From the NCBI GenBank assembly GCA_964106645.2, contig OZ067041.1: DNA of 64,000 nucleotides, one strand, 5' to 3'. Shown piece after piece: positions 26,301 to 38,200 of the stretch. Each line of letters begins with the position of its first letter. Position 1 is the stretch's first letter. This DNA is from Podarcis pityusensis. Its lineage: Eukaryota. The notes under the pieces were generated by a model that worked only from the letters and a program-made list of their open reading frames with translations, searched no databases and was not told the origin of the DNA. The position numbers were made by a program, and so were the translations under genes.

Positions 26301-27804
26301 GCATGCACAAAGTCTTTCCTAGAATTTTCCATAACATATCTCAGACTGCTTCTAAGCTGGCTGATCCAACTGTAATTAACTTTGCAATCAACAGCGTTCA
26401 TTCTGAAGTGGTTTCTTCTCTGTACTTTAGATGTTTTGTGGGACCATTTGACCTCCAGTAGGCATTGGAAAGAAGACCCTACATCAGGCATTCCCAAACT
26501 CGGCCCTCCAGAAGTTTTGGGACTACAACTCCCATCATCCATCGTTAATAGGACCCGTGGTCAGGGGTGATGGGAATTGTAGTCCCAAAACATCTGGAGG
26601 GCCGAGTTTGGGGGTGCCTGCCCTACACAGATGAACCTGATCCTGCTGTACATACCCATAATGTCTTCTTCCTGAGATTTCCAAGACTAATTAAAGGCCT
26701 GAGCCTAGCAGAAACAGATCCTTCTGTCTCCTGTTGGCAAGTCAACAGACTTTCCTACACCCACTTTTGGACTGTTTGTAGTTACATATAAAATGTGTAC
26801 ACACACACACACACAGTATTATGCTCTTCTGGAGTGGTGGTGTTATAAATTGTTTGAGGATTCTAGGGGGTCAAAGTGTGCATGGCCGTGTGTGTGTGTG
26901 TACTGGTGTTCAGTAAGATAGCTGAGATCTGTTACTGGGCCACACTTACTTACTTACTTACTTACCTAGTAAAAAATGACAAATGTATTCTTGGACTAAA
27001 GATGGTCTAGATAGGTTGATAGACAATGTAATAACTGCACTGGATAAACAGGACTTCATTTATGTACTGAGCATAATTTAACACATCCTTCAAAAGAAGG
27101 TACTTACCTTATCCTTTTCTAATCCACTTTCTGGATAGAAGACAGACAGTGAATATTCATAGCCACATCTGCGCAGGTGATCTGCCACCAGACTGTTAGA
27201 AGCACCAATTAACAATGAACTGCATTCACTAGAAACAGCTTGTGGCTGAATTTTTCCACTTAAAATGGGATTCATTAGATCATGTATGAGCTGGTTTCGA
27301 AGCTGTGTCTGGCACAAAGAAAAAATTACATTATTGTTAACTGGGATTTCTAGAAGAAAAAGTGAAAAAGAAACATTAAATAAATTGAAAAAAGTTTAAG
27401 ACTTTGATATGCTAAGTGTACTGAAACCTTGTGTTACACTGGTGTGTATAATGCTTTACACATTGAACAGTCAAGCAATACATCAAGAGAAAATCTGCCA
27501 GTAATATTTCTTTCAATATATCTCATAATTTCATGGCTTATATACATACACCTTTGCCCTACAGTTGTGACTACTATATTAATGTCTACTTTATTGTGCT
27601 TTAAATATATTGAAAGCTGCCTTGAGAATTTCAGTGAGTAGGCAGGGTATAAATACTGCTTAATAAATTAAAACCCTTATTTTAATCTTGCTTAATTATA
27701 TCAAATACCTTAAGTGAATCCAAAACACCTCGGCTCTTAAATGTCTGATATAGTCTTCTCCGGAGTTCATCTTGTGACAGAGCTGGAAATTCATCTGAAG
27801 ACAT
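4390..27804 (-). CDS. OFD1: OFD1 centriole and centriolar satellite protein, whole coding span (22 coding exons, 1025 aa)
   Basis: All exons have GT-AG ends and compatible phases; lengths sum to 3078 nt with no internal stop; N-terminal LisH region ([25 protein letters not shown]), coiled coils, [18 protein letters not shown] and [12 protein letters not shown] motifs. Confidence 0.95.
4890..4951 (-). CDS. OFD1: OFD1 exon 22
   Basis: ctattag|[22 protein letters not shown]|gtatgt, 62 nt, phase 0 to 2. Confidence 0.8.
6675..6839 (-). CDS. OFD1: OFD1 exon 21
   Basis: CMQESVE...[22 protein letters not shown]|gtgatg, 165 nt. Confidence 0.88.
8143..8365. mobile_element. Tc1/mariner-type MITE
   Basis: TIR CAGGCAGCCCCC(G)TTTAC at both ends, flanked by TA duplications. 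Confidence 0.85.
8451..8632 (-). CDS. OFD1: OFD1 exon 20 (Glu-rich)
   Basis: gtattag|...[22 protein letters not shown]...[15 protein letters not shown]|gtaatg, 182 nt. Confidence 0.85.
9550..9666 (-). CDS. OFD1: OFD1 exon 19
   Basis: ctcctctag|..[16 protein letters not shown]...QQDI-A|gtgagt, 117 nt, phase 1 to 1. Confidence 0.8.
   Translation of the reverse strand: MKRTFQNSSKAMCHIHLTLLVEAMFRLLCQQRALHSRT
10831..11036. mobile_element. hAT-type MITE
   Basis: Imperfect TIR CAGAGCTTTCCAAACT / AGTTTGAAAAGCTCAG; exact 8-bp TSD TTTTAAAC. Confidence 0.85.
11306..11330. repeat. (CA)n microsatellite
   Basis: Direct inspection. Confidence 0.9.
11579..11700 (-). CDS. OFD1: OFD1 exon 18
   Basis: ccttttag|[41 protein letters not shown]|gtaagt, 122 nt. 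Confidence 0.8.
12548..12695 (-). CDS. OFD1: OFD1 exon 17
   Basis: ttctgcag|[22 protein letters not shown]...SCKQKL-AG|gtaatg, 148 nt. Confidence 0.8.
12983..13112. other. Assembly gap (130 N) in OFD1 intron 16
   Basis: Run of N. Confidence 1.
13314..13904 (-). CDS. OFD1: OFD1 exon 16 (large exon)
   Basis: [18 protein letters not shown]...[25 protein letters not shown]...SRRLSSTP...FSE-G|gtaagc, 591 nt. Confidence 0.93.
14849..14960 (-). CDS. OFD1: OFD1 exon 15
   Basis: [37 protein letters not shown], 112 nt. Confidence 0.9.
15477..15607 (-). CDS. OFD1: OFD1 exon 14
   Basis: [19 protein letters not shown]...[12 protein letters not shown], 131 nt. Confidence 0.88.
15710..15932. mobile_element. 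Tc1/mariner (Tigger-like) MITE
   Basis: TIR CAGTG(T/G)TACCTC(A/T)GGTTAC; TA TSD; CpG-rich interior suggests a young copy. Confidence 0.9.
16740..16929 (-). CDS. OFD1: OFD1 exon 13
   Basis: LEIDSVKAQ...[35 protein letters not shown], 190 nt. Confidence 0.9.
17067..17158 (-). CDS. OFD1: OFD1 exon 12
   Basis: [30 protein letters not shown], 92 nt. Confidence 0.9.
17271..17344 (-). CDS. OFD1: OFD1 exon 11
   Basis: [24 protein letters not shown], 74 nt. Confidence 0.9.
17886..18259. mobile_element. Tc1/mariner-type MITE with CCGTA ends
   Basis: TIR CCGTACTTTTCTGT / ACAGAAAAGTACGG; TA TSD. Confidence 0.85.
18570..18689 (-). CDS. OFD1: OFD1 exon 10
   Basis: [39 protein letters not shown], 120 nt. 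Confidence 0.9.
20369..20475 (-). CDS. OFD1: OFD1 exon 9
   Basis: [35 protein letters not shown], 107 nt. Confidence 0.92.
21003..21176 (-). CDS. OFD1: OFD1 exon 8
   Basis: [16 protein letters not shown]...[22 protein letters not shown], 174 nt. Confidence 0.92.
21753..21889 (-). CDS. OFD1: OFD1 exon 7
   Basis: [16 protein letters not shown]...[11 protein letters not shown], 137 nt. Confidence 0.92.
23419..23523 (-). CDS. OFD1: OFD1 exon 6
   Basis: [34 protein letters not shown], 105 nt. Confidence 0.9.
23820..24990 (+). mobile_element. Degenerate L2-clade LINE fragment (RT region to 3' end) in OFD1 intron 5
   Basis: Remnants of RT motifs [10 protein letters not shown] (near 23890) and LSAAFDTI (near 24000), broken by stops and frameshifts. 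Confidence 0.75.
25442..25472 (-). CDS. OFD1: OFD1 exon 5 (31-nt microexon)
   Basis: ttttccag|[11 protein letters not shown]|gtacag; needed to link phase 0 to phase 1. Confidence 0.85.
25901..25969 (-). CDS. OFD1: OFD1 exon 4
   Basis: [23 protein letters not shown], 69 nt. Confidence 0.92.
26485..26620. mobile_element. Palindromic hAT-type MITE; related decayed copies near 5753-5857, 10250-10360, 33420-33540, 38000-38112 and 41481-41598
   Basis: Long inverted arms CAGGCATTCCCAAACTCGGCCCTCCAGA / TCTGGAGGGCCGAGTTTGGGGGTGCCTG; TSD CCCTACAT/CCCTACAC. Confidence 0.85.
27108..27308 (-). CDS. OFD1: OFD1 exon 3 (LisH region)
   Basis: [16 protein letters not shown]...[28 protein letters not shown], 201 nt. 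Confidence 0.95.
27709..27804 (-). CDS. OFD1: OFD1 exon 2, coding part with probable start codon (exon spans 27709-27810)
   Basis: [32 protein letters not shown]|gtattt; acceptor ttttcag at 27811. Confidence 0.88.
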
Positions 27805-28977
27805 TAGGATCTGAAAACATAAGAAAACAATATTGCTATTTTTGCAGACAACCAAAAACACAAGCCATGGTAACAGAAATGTTGCCAGGTTTTTAATAAT
27901 CGCATATCAAAACCCCAAATTTCAAAATTTTAAAGTCTTAAGTGATTCTTAGCAGCATGCATAAAATCAGCATGTTTATTTGAGTTGCAAATGCAGGGCT
28001 ATCAATTAGTGAAGTGTAGCTTACACTTACCATCTACAAACATCCTGGTACTTACAAAAGGAAGTAAACAGGCATGATTAGTTATATACCTAAGCCACTT
28101 TCCTATGTTCTTCTGTTGCCAGCTGTTCTATTCAAAGCATTGAAACTACAATGGCAAAGAACTGGAGACTTGTCCATTTAAAAAAATGCAGGCCTCAAAA
28201 TTGTATGAATAGGTTTGATCCCAATGGGATGGAAATTTTAAAATGGGTTTGCAAGGAGATTGACTAGGGATTCAGGCAGTGTAAAGGGTAACAGAAGCAA
28301 GTAAGGTTGAAGGTAGGATTGAAACACACATCATAATTAAAAAAGGGTGCCTTATTGAAGTCTGAACAGCCTAATGAACTTTCTATATTTATTTTGTTTC
28401 TTTAATGTGCATGATTCTTTAATGTTATATTCTGTATGAATGAAAACTGGTACATCAAAAGCATACTTTGAATGCCCCTAAAACAGAACTAGAATGCAGT
28501 CCTATATGTGTTTACCAAAGAACAAGGCCCATAGAATTCAGTGACTTCTGAATAAGTACACTTAGGACCATACATTAAAACAGCTCACTTTTACTGTGCA
28601 CAAAATGTAAGTAACATTCCATCCCACCTCCCGATATTCTTCCAATTCTAAAATGATCAAGAAACAGAAGTGGGGATTAGGCCAGTACAGCAGATATAAT
28701 AGGCTCAATTCCCAATGGTGAGTTGACCAGTGTCACAACGACGTCAACCCTTGCATTATACAGCTGTGGTAAACACAGCAATGCTTCTGCCAGTTGTGTT
28801 GCCACAGAGAGTAGCCAGCATGAGGCCCTGAAATGGGCACTACAAGGGGTGGGGTAGGATTCACTGGATCTTAGTCCCATCCACTCTCTGGAGAGGGGTC
28901 TGATTTATGCCTCTCTGCTATGGCAGCTTAGAGCTGGTGCAGCAAAAAAACCCGCCAAAAAAACCCTCCCTTTTCAT

Positions 28978-29369
28978 CAGTGTTCAAAACTCCCATTGTT
29001 CTAGGCGCATTTTGTGACAGGGAAATTCATTAGCATGAGCAGTTCCTGAGCTCTGGGCACAGTGCTGTGCCTAGGATTTCAGATTAAAACTACAGAGTGG
29101 AAGGAGAGGAGGACCTTTTTCTGCCTCCACACTTCCAGCTACTCTCTGAAGACTGGAAAAGAGACCCGCTTAAGAATATTAGGGGGATTGGCAGGATAAG
29201 GACTAGACACCATGTGAAAAATGAATAGAATTATTTTAGCTGTAGTTCATTCATTTTCAGCTTCGTATTTTTTTAAAAAGCATGCTTAGACATTCCGGTG
29301 TTGTGCTCATAACCTAGGTTTAAGGTGCCATATCTCTGACACCTTTCATATCTCTGTTTCTAAACACTG
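28978..29369. mobile_element. hAT-type non-autonomous element
   Basis: Ends CAGTGTT...AACACTG; exact 8-bp TSD CTTTTCAT. Confidence 0.8.
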
Positions 29370-30199
29370 CTTTTCATCCTGGTTGGCAAGCCTGTGAGTG
29401 TAATTGAGAATTTGTTGTGACCAGCCTCCCAGGGCCGACTCAGATTGTTCTGCCTGTGAAATATTACAATATGCATAACATTCAGAATCAACAGAAAATT
29501 GACGTATGTGGTGACACAATTGTTTTAAGATTCTAGAATAACAGAACTGAAAGGAATCTGAGATGTCATCTAGACCTGCTCAACACCAGATCAGGAATGC
29601 AGGATTACTACACCTGTGACAGCCATCTCTACTTAAACACCTACAAGAAGTCACCACCACATAGGCGTAGCCAAGGAGAGGCAGCTGCTACCCCTAAATC
29701 AAGTAAATACAAATACTTAACTGACCAATCACATCACAGCTAGCTTGGTTCTGCCCCCTAACATAAATCCTTCCCCCCCACAATAAATCCTGGCTATGTG
29801 CATGCACCACCACCTCCTGAGACAATATGCTCCTCTGACAAACAGCTCATCCTGTAAGGAAGTATGCCTCCCTGTTATCTCCATCCAGTGCCCTGGTAAA
29901 TGGCGAGTGGGGAAGAAAGAGAAAGAAAATACATCTTGTTGCCTTGGAGGAGGAGCTATTGTCACAGCTGCAAGTATTCGAGCTGCCTATTTCATTTAAC
30001 TACTAGATGCAACCGAATTTAATACAGGCCATGTTAGCAGTGGGCAACGCCAGGGTTTTTCCCGTTTCCTACCCATTCCCCAATACGGTGTCTGTTCAAT
30101 TGTGAAACGAACTAGGGGGTAAGCTAGTTTACAGGTTGAGTCTCCCGACCTTTTTTGTAGTCCCTAGGAAACTTCAGACACCTTCTAAATAATACCAAT

Positions 30200-30900
30200 A
30201 ATAACAATGCGAGTTGCGCGCAGTCCAGAGCACATTCTCTTCCGTGTTGTTTTTTAAACGACCCTTCCTACTAGCCCACCTCTTTGCTAGACCTTTCGCT
30301 CCCCGCCTGCTTTCTGGCCGGCCTCGAGAAGCGCACTCCGCTCCCCGCCCGCCTGGTCGTACCGCGCGGGCGGCTGCGAAAGGGAGCGGCTACGCTTCTC
30401 TGGTCAAGGAGAGGCGCTTCAGGAAGCCGGCCGGGCACAACTCTTGAGGCGCGGCGGCGGGGCCCTTCTCATCTCCTCCTTCCGAGTTTCAGGGTCTATT
30501 TTGTGGCGAGGAGAGCGGGGAAGTTCTGACACGGGCAGAAAAAGGGAGGCAGCGGCCAGCCGTGAAGTCGCCTCTGAGGCGCGACGAGAGGCTCTTCCAA
30601 CGGCCTCGCGCAGACGCGCTTCTCAAGGTCCCGCCCCCACTCCCAACGGCCACTCGCTCCCAACCGCCGCTTCTAGGCTCTCGTTGCCGCGGTTACTGCG
30701 CTCAGCCAAACACGTCGCTATTGCAGAACTCTCGCGACAACTCGCCGCTGAGAGACCCGCCCATCAGAATCAACCAATAAAAGGGGCTGGTCTCTATGAC
30801 TACATCACTCTGCGCCGGATGTTTTGGGGAGGAGCGACTCGCTGCCTTCTGTTTTCTCTTCTTTCTGTATCTGCTTTCTGGACCTCAGGTAAAACCTCTT
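30200..30900. promoter_or_regulatory. CpG-island bidirectional promoter shared by OFD1 (-) and TRAPPC2 (+)
   Basis: GC/CpG-rich; GC box near 30630, TCTCGCGACA at 30730-30739, CCAAT at 30774-30778, GACTACA at 30798; TRAPPC2 first-exon donor CAG|gtaaaa at 30889; candidate OFD1 donor GAG|gtgggc at 30279. Confidence 0.85.
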
Positions 30901-31060
30901 CTTCCTACTCCTGTTAAAACGTCTGCTTGGGAAATAGTTAAACTGGCCCCCGCTGAACGGTCGAGGGTAGAGGCATTGATGGGGGACACCGGTGGTTCCC
31001 CATTGAGGTTCTGTGCGGTTCATGCCCACTCACCCTGAGGCCTGAATGTCTGCCAGGATG

Positions 31061-31184
31061 ATAGAATCATATAATTGCATAGTTGGAAAAGACCATGAGG
31101 GTCATCTAGTCTAGCCCCTGTGATTTGCAGGAATCTTTTAGGCCAATGTGGGGCTCAACCCACGACCCTGAAATCAATAATCTC
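31061..31184 (-). mobile_element. Short SINE with tRNA-like B-box head and CR1-type tail
   Basis: Minus strand reads cagggtcgtgggttgagcccca...agattcctgc...ttccaactatgc...atgattctat. Confidence 0.6.
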
Positions 31185-31469
31185 TTTTCTTTTTGTTGTT
31201 GGTATCAGTCTGTCTGGAGATACAATGGAGTGTGCCTCCAGGGGTGAAGTTAACTGCTGCGTTTGCAGCACTAAAGTGACCTCCCCAGGATGCAAGCCTG
31301 GGCACTGTGAACGGAGGTTCTGGGCTTCCCCATTCAAGACTCCACTCTTGGCCTCACTAGTGTGGTCCAGAGGAAAGCACAGCTACTTAGGAAAGAAGGT
31401 TGGAGAGGAAGACCAGCTTGAGTCTTCAGCTGTATGATCTATGCTATTTTTCAGACTTCAGCTGTATGA

Positions 31470-31610
<141 letters not shown>

Positions 31611-31901
31611 TAAATACTGAATTTTTACATAGTCATGAGCATGTCTAAGTCCAGAAAGCTGATAGCTCAAGGTCTGTATTAATTTGATGTCAATAGTTGG
31701 TTTCTAATTAAATTTGCTGCCATTGAAAATGTTACTGCCCTTATGTAGGGGTAGTGCCTATGTATCTGATTGATGCTTGATTCCTCCCTCTTCCCTCTCT
31801 TCCAGCCCCACTTCATCCCCCAAATCAGGCTGATTCAGCATCCAGTCATACACTGGGTTAACATTTTATGGAGGCAGAAAGAATACTGTCTGTATATCTG
31901 A

Positions 31902-33307
<1,406 letters not shown>

Positions 33308-33393
33308 ATATGAGATTTATAATGCTTCATGATGTAAGGCAAGAAGATGGAATCAAAAACTTCTTTAGTGATGTCTATGACTTGTATATAAAG
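33308..33393 (+). CDS. TRAPPC2: TRAPPC2 coding exon 3
   Basis: (H)[28 protein letters not shown]|gtaagt. Confidence 0.96.
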
Positions 33394-33568
33394 GTAAGTA
33401 TCCATAACAGAAGTAGCTAGCATTGTGCCCTCTGGCTGTTGTTGAACTACAGCTCCCATTAGTGCAAGACACCAGAGGTAATGGTCAGGGATGATGGGAG
33501 TTGTAACCCAGCAACAGCTGGAGAGCCCTATATCTTCCCTCATTGATCAACTCTTATCTGTGCTAATA

Positions 33569-33804
33569 CAGTGGTACCTTGGTTTAAGAACCGCCCTGTT
33601 TACGAACTATATGGTTTACGAACTCCACAAAACCGGAAGTAGTGTTTTACGAAGTTTACCTCAGTCTAAGAATGGAATCCGAACAGTGGAAGGGCACCGG
33701 CAGCGGGAGGCCTCATTAGGGAAAGCGCGCCTCAGTTTAAGAACGGTTTCGGTTTAAGAATGGACTTCCAGAAATGATTAAGTTCGTAAACCTTGGTACC
33801 ACTG
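33569..33804. mobile_element. Tc1/mariner (Tigger-like) MITE, related to 15710-15932
   Basis: TIR CAGTGGTACC; TA TSD; shared interior motif GGCAGCGGGAGGCC.CATTAG. Confidence 0.88.
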
Positions 33805-35163
33805 TATAGGAAGCTATGCAGTATTAATATTGGGAATCTTGGTCTGGAAAAGGCACCCTATCTTATTCAGTTTTCACCTAGAGGAGGTTAATTAGCAGTC
33901 AAGTCTATGAACAGAACCGCATTTAGAAGGAAGTGTAAATTGCTGTTTAGCATGTTTCTATTATAAAGGATGACATATTTAGGCTTATGTTACAAGGACT
34001 CCCCCCTGCCTCGCCCCCAAAGTGATGGAAAGGAAGATTCCACAGCACAGGTATAACAAGTTGTGTTGACAATACAGGAAAGCAAGCTGGACTGCTTCTG
34101 AAATGAGTCAGTGACTCATGCTAGGAAGCAACATGTGTCATAGGAGGGAAGGAGTTGTATGCACACCCCTTCTTTCCTGCCAGGTTTTCACAGTAGAAAC
34201 AAATGATCTGCACTTACTTTGCTTTTCAGGAACAAGAAGCAAAGAAATTTGGCCCTGCCTCCTCATTCAAGGACAGAAATAATATGATAGCTCACTTTGT
34301 ACATTGCATTAAACTACGACTTGTGAATGCACACCATGCTAGTCCATGCTGCTGAAAAGCTTAGATTGTGCTCATGGTTTGTTTGGAAAGAAACAGGCCT
34401 AGGTTCAGATATCAAATGGTGGCACAGAAGCAGGGGAGAAGCGGAGAACTCTGTAGCAGCATGCTACACCATAGTTTGTTTTAAACTATGGTTTAATATG
34501 AAGTACAAACTAGGGCGGTATCAGACAGCTACGTATGGCTAGAACAGTCATGTAGATCCTGACATTAACCTATTGTCTAAAAAGTATTTGGAGATGGTTG
34601 ATCATAGTGGGAAATAACAGTTGTGCCCACCTGTAGTAGAGACTTTTGCTTGCATAGTGGGACTTCTCTCACTAGCCCCTGTGTACACCAAAATCTGCTT
34701 CAGGGTTTGGGGAATCCTGTGAAGATTTTGGAGATACTCAGTTGGAAGATGAAGTACCCTCATGCAGTGTTGAATTTTCCTTTTCTATAAAAAACCTCAT
34801 CAACTGAATAGTCATATTTACCTAATTCACAAGCAACACTAAACAAAAAACATTCTCTTGTTGTGCGCTAAGCCATGGTTTGGCATAGCATGTCCAAACC
34901 TGGGCTCATGGTTTGTCTTGCTCCAGACAAACCATGAGCTGTAAGCAAAGAGCAATACTTTGCAGTTTGTCTAGAGCAAGATAAATAACAAGACTGGATT
35001 CAGATAACATACTAAACCAAACTATGGCCTAGCTCACAGCAGCAGGAATGGCAGAGGAGCAAAGTGGCTGTAATTTGGCTTAGCTGTATGTGGTTCAGCC
35101 TAGACCTTTTTTGGCATGTCTTAATTACTAATATGTTCTCACTATGTTAATTTCTTTCCTCAG

Positions 35164-35262
35164 TTTGCGATGAATCCATTTTATGAACAGAATTCCCAGA
35201 TTCGATCAACTGCATTTGACAGAAAAGTCCAGTTTCTTGGGAAAAAGCATCTTTTAAGTTGA
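35164..35262 (+). CDS. TRAPPC2: TRAPPC2 last coding exon
   Basis: [32 protein letters not shown]; total CDS 423 nt = 140 aa; AATAAA at 36176-36181. Confidence 0.97.
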   Translation, partial: FAMNPFYEQNSQIRSTAFDRKVQFLGKKHLLS

Positions 35263-38200
35263 GTTACTATAACTGTATTAGAACCTAAATAGCCTGCTGT
35301 ATATCTGACATTTCTGAACCTATAAAGGCTAATCTATATTTTAAAAAAACAAACCACTTAAGGCTATCTATTACCTTGTATGAAAACCAATTTCAGGAGC
35401 CTAACAGATGTCTTTATTATAGGTGATCACTCTAGCTATAAAACATTTGTATATATCAAAATTAATTTTAAAAATTAAATATTTAAAGCAGCACCTCCAC
35501 TAGCTTGGCAAAAGGTTAAATGAAGAACCTAGGTTTTTTTTAATAACTAAAGCAAGCCAGACCTCAGGATTTTTTGATCAGTGTGAAAGCATTCAGTTCA
35601 GGGCTATGTCAGTATTAAGACTAACCAGATACCAGAGTGGTGTGTTGAAATGAAAAAGGTATGGATAGCAGAACAGAAACACAACTACCCTGAAACACAT
35701 AGTTACAAGTGAATCGCCTCAGTTCAACTTGCTACCATTTTATTGGAATACTTGAGCACATAGTTGGGCAGAAACACACTATTTGCTTACAAGTGACTTC
35801 ATTATCACGTGCACATGTGAATGAAGCAACAGGATGCAAAAAGGGTGATGTGTTTTGCCTGTAAAACTTATTTGTAGTAACTTGCTGCTCCTCAAGTTTT
35901 TACTCAAAGTATTAACACCAAGCAACTAAACTGAAATTTAAAAGGTCAGAACTAAATCCCACTACTTTGTTTTCTATAATACACTTATTATATTGGGAAC
36001 AATCCAATCAGGTTAAGCACTATCCAGTCCTATTCTAGGTAGATTGAATAGCCTGTATTCTTAATCTTCTAACTTTGACATCAGTGATGTGTACTGTATA
36101 TGAAAGACCATATAGCCTTAGCCTGGAAAAGAGTAAGGAAGAAAGCCAAAAACATCTATAGGTAGTCTGGTTCTCAATAAAGCCTTACATTAAATAACTC
36201 ATTTATATGTTTTACTAAAGAATTTGCTTAAGCCTATTGAAGTTTCATTGTGCTACATTCCTACTGAGGGGTTACGTTTCACGACAAACATACTGAAGTA
36301 ATAGGATAACATATGTGATGTTTGATTCATTTGCAGAGATTCTGAATTAACATTCCAAATAAAATGTAAATTTATAATATTATATGCATTGATGCTCTCT
36401 GAATGGGTCATTAAGTCTTTCAGTTCATTAAACTATTCTGATATTAACTGCTGCCCTGGGTATGTTGTAATTTAACAGGAGGAAGTATTCAGCAGTACAA
36501 ACAGAGTATTTTGTGTCTTTAACCATTTAGATCTCTTTTCTTTAGTATATGTAGAAAAAGCCTTGGATAACTAGCACAAGTCATAATACTTCAGAACTCT
36601 CTGAATTACAGTAACATAAGTCACAAAACCATTTGGCCCAAGGATTCTGTGACATTGTGCTGTTCAAGAACACACACTATGGCTGGCACCCAAAACTGTG
36701 CAGGCAGTGTTCTGCTCATGCAACAGAACTTCTGCTTCCTCTCCCCACTACCCACCAATCTGCTGGATCAATTTTGGAGAATGCACGAGGGGCTTCAGGA
36801 GAGGAGAAAGTTGCTGTTTTACAAGCAAGAGTCTGTTGTGCAAACAAAATGGCAGCACTGGGTACAGCCCATTATAAATGGGCACAAGACTGAGGGTGGT
36901 ATTCAACAAAGTTTTACTCTTGAGTGGACCCACTGAAATTAATGAACATAAGCTAGGTCCATTGATTTCAGTAGGTCTGTGTTGAGTAAAACTTAACTGA
37001 CTACCACTCCAAGTTAACATATACTTGTAGGGTCACTATTTTCTGGGAAACCTCTTATTTGAGGAACATTAGCGATGTTTTTTTCAAAAGAGTGTGTGTG
37101 TGTGTGTGCACACGCGCACACACACATTTCTGTCATTACTTATGCTTTCGAGTTTAAACACTAAAATACAGTAATGAAGCCCTGTAGGTCATATTTACTG
37201 ATAAAGAGATGGTTTCCTTTTCCACCCAGCCATATACCAACACACTCTAGTTTTCACCCCCTCTGCCGAATTCTGCCTAGTGTCCAAAACCTGTAGTTTG
37301 ACAATATATTCACTGGAATAAGTACATGAGCTCCTTGTCAACCTGCAGCTCAAAGATCTGTAGGATCCTTCCTGCACTGATGTTAGGCAGATGGGTAGGT
37401 GATAGGAAACCTTCTGAGGAAGTGTCACCCTCTCACAAGTTATGCTGTTTCTGTTCTCACTGATAACATTAGCATATTGGCCCTCTGAGATGTTTATCAC
37501 CTTAAACAGCATTCATTTTTAATAACTTCACAAAGCTAATGGCAATAAGGCATCTTGCATAGCGAGTACCCCGGCAAAAAGTATAGCGCTTCCACACACA
37601 AGTGGTAAAGCAAAATATCTTCTCTACTCAGCCATCTAGCCACATACTTTTCTAGCATGTGTGTGAGAGTAGTTCAGATCATATGCCCTTTTTTATGCTG
37701 CCCATTAAGCATGGCCTAAATCTCCAGCCACAGCTCTATTGTCAGTTGATCAAAGTACAGAAAGCCCCATAGATCAAGATTAAATAATTTGTATGAAGTC
37801 ACGAGCAAGCAGTTGAAGGCAACTGCTCTTTTAATGCTTCTGAGAAGATCTGCCTAAGGCATAAGGAATGAGTGAAAAGTTCTCATCCTGAGTCCAACCT
37901 GCCCTTTCTCGCACTTATTGAGCTGCATTGTGTTGCAACAACTGCCTGAGAATGGATGTTATCCATCCAAAAAGCAATCTAACAAAAGGGAGTGCCTGGA
38001 GTGGGGAATCTGGCTCTCCAGACGTTTGAGTTCAACTCCCATCAGCCCCAGCCTGTGTGGGCAGGGCTGATGGGAGTTGTAGTCCAACAACCTCTGGAGA
38101 GCACAGGTTCAGCTTCGCTCGTATCAAACATTGTGGTATTCACACATACTTCAGCTGCTTAAGATAATGCCATGGAAAACTGCTCAGTGAGAAAGGCAGA

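Noticed and set aside
30214-31038. Several ORFs up to 157 aa
   Set aside because: CpG-island artefacts in the OFD1/TRAPPC2 promoter
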